From the NCBI GenBank assembly GCA_001179505.1, contig CDMY01001040.1, forward strand, positions 1 through 64,000: DNA of 64,000 nucleotides. The letters run 5' to 3'. Origin of the DNA: Vitrella brassicaformis CCMP3155 (taxonomy: Eukaryota > Protista > Chromerida). Under the pieces are notes generated by a model that ran no database searches, was not told the origin of the DNA, and saw nothing but the letters and a program-made list of their open reading frames with translations. Both the position numbers and the translations under genes were made by a program. Position 1 is the stretch's first letter; each line of letters opens with the position of its first letter. This document shows positions 62,743-64,000 of this stretch, piece by piece.

Positions 62743-64000
62743 GATAAGCGCGCTTCTTTTTGAGGGGATTGAACGCAACGCTGAGGCCGTGTTCGGGCGT
62801 CCATGTGGTGAGAACATGTCTAGAGGGAAGGGTTGTAAGTTGCCAAGATGTTTGGCGCATGTGCTGCCGAGATTGCAAGGATCGCTCGGTGTAATGTTCA
62901 CGCATGCACTCTCACACGAAGGAGATAGTATACAGGCAACACACAACACACACGCACACACTCACACACACACACACATCATGGTGGAGGGGGCTTCTGG
63001 GGTCAACAATCACCACATCTTGCCGATGGATGGATGGATGGATGAGTCAGTCAGTGACGTTGCTCCTCCTTCCTTCCTCTCAACACGGACGGGCACATGC
63101 AGTACAGTGCGGTAGGTAGGTATCGTCCACTGCCGCCACTCATCCATTCAGCGCAAACTCAGTACCAACCAGACGAGATGAGATGAGATGAGCCGAGTCA
63201 AACCCTCAAGAACCAACCGGCCACACAAAATCTCCCTCCTTCCCCCCATCCCTTCAACCATCAATCGATCGCATCCCTCCCCTCCCCCCCACCCCCTCCC
63301 CCGCAGGCGGCCGGCTGGGCCACAAAATCGTACCATAGCCAGCCGGCCACAGCTGTCTTCATGCTGGTGCTTTGTCATGCTCATCGTTCCTCCGTGCTCA
63401 GTGGGGTATCCTAATGGTCCATCGAAAAACGACCAGACATACCATAACATTATAACCATATCGGGGAGAGAGAGAGATGGAGGGAGAGAAAAAGAGAGAG
63501 AGAGAGAGAGGTGAGGGAGAGGGGGAGATTGCAAGAGAATCCATCTCGTGCAAGCATGCAGAATGAATACGATTACGGAAAACGCAGAGAGCCGAGCTGG
63601 ATGAGACCCCATTTCAGGCTGTCAGCAGCTCAATGAACGAAACAGAATGACTGAATGACGGAGAGGTACATAGAGCGTTGCTGTACGTCTGTCTGTCGGG
63701 TGTGCTGTCATCGAGTCACGGTGAGACTCAGTGCGATAGCGACGGCTGTCGCATCGCAGAGGAGGACTGCTGCTGTCGGGCGTGCTTCAAACGCACCGCA
63801 GGAGCACCGTAGTGAGACGGACGTGTAAACAGACAGAGATGTAGACGGACAGACAAGACAGCTGTGTGCAGTCAGTCCCCATGGTTCCCGACTCTAGAAA
63901 GACGCGACGCATGCACATCATTGACAGACACCATCTTGAAAGCCACTACGCACACACACTCTTGTTAGCTACAAATCACCAGCCAGCCAGTCTTCCCATC

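Noticed and set aside
62780-64000. Possible exon fragments (e.g. 63300-63420 minus; 62817-62890 plus)
   Set aside because: No coherent spliced model within the window.

Overview
Intron-rich eukaryotic nuclear DNA, about 58% GC by eye. Introns are short (mostly 40-130 nt) and full of (CA)n, (GACA)n, (GGAT)n and (GA)n microsatellites. These features and the plastid-type bipartite leaders point to a photosynthetic alveolate, most likely the chromerid Vitrella (inference). I hand-spliced about 24 genes or gene remnants: a degenerate KIF28-like kinesin-3, two paralogous F-box-like/LRR-like genes ending in a PIP box (one pseudogenised), a RuvC/YqgF-fold protein, an HhH-GPD glycosylase, a mitochondrial phosphate carrier, a SNM1-ligase fusion (LIG6 type), a vacuolar sorting receptor, a 48-aa TM microprotein, SF3A2, DUF4079, PLGG1, a U-box protein, an F-box-like/TFIIS fusion, POLD3, a Cid1-type TUTase with an RRM, a Nudix hydrolase, a Dpy-30/CNB protein, MICU1 and several unknowns. 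A gap-ridden tandem locus at 45.8-53.5 kb is built from symmetric phase-1 micro-exons. The most striking signals are: (1) an AGCTCGCA motif in every divergent promoter; (2) an F-box-like family with a conserved C-terminal PCNA-binding box; (3) an F-box-like/TFIIS hybrid with an altered catalytic hairpin; (4) the cassette micro-exon array. I saw no rRNA, tRNA, CRISPR array or intact transposon. All gene models are manual splice inferences without transcript data.
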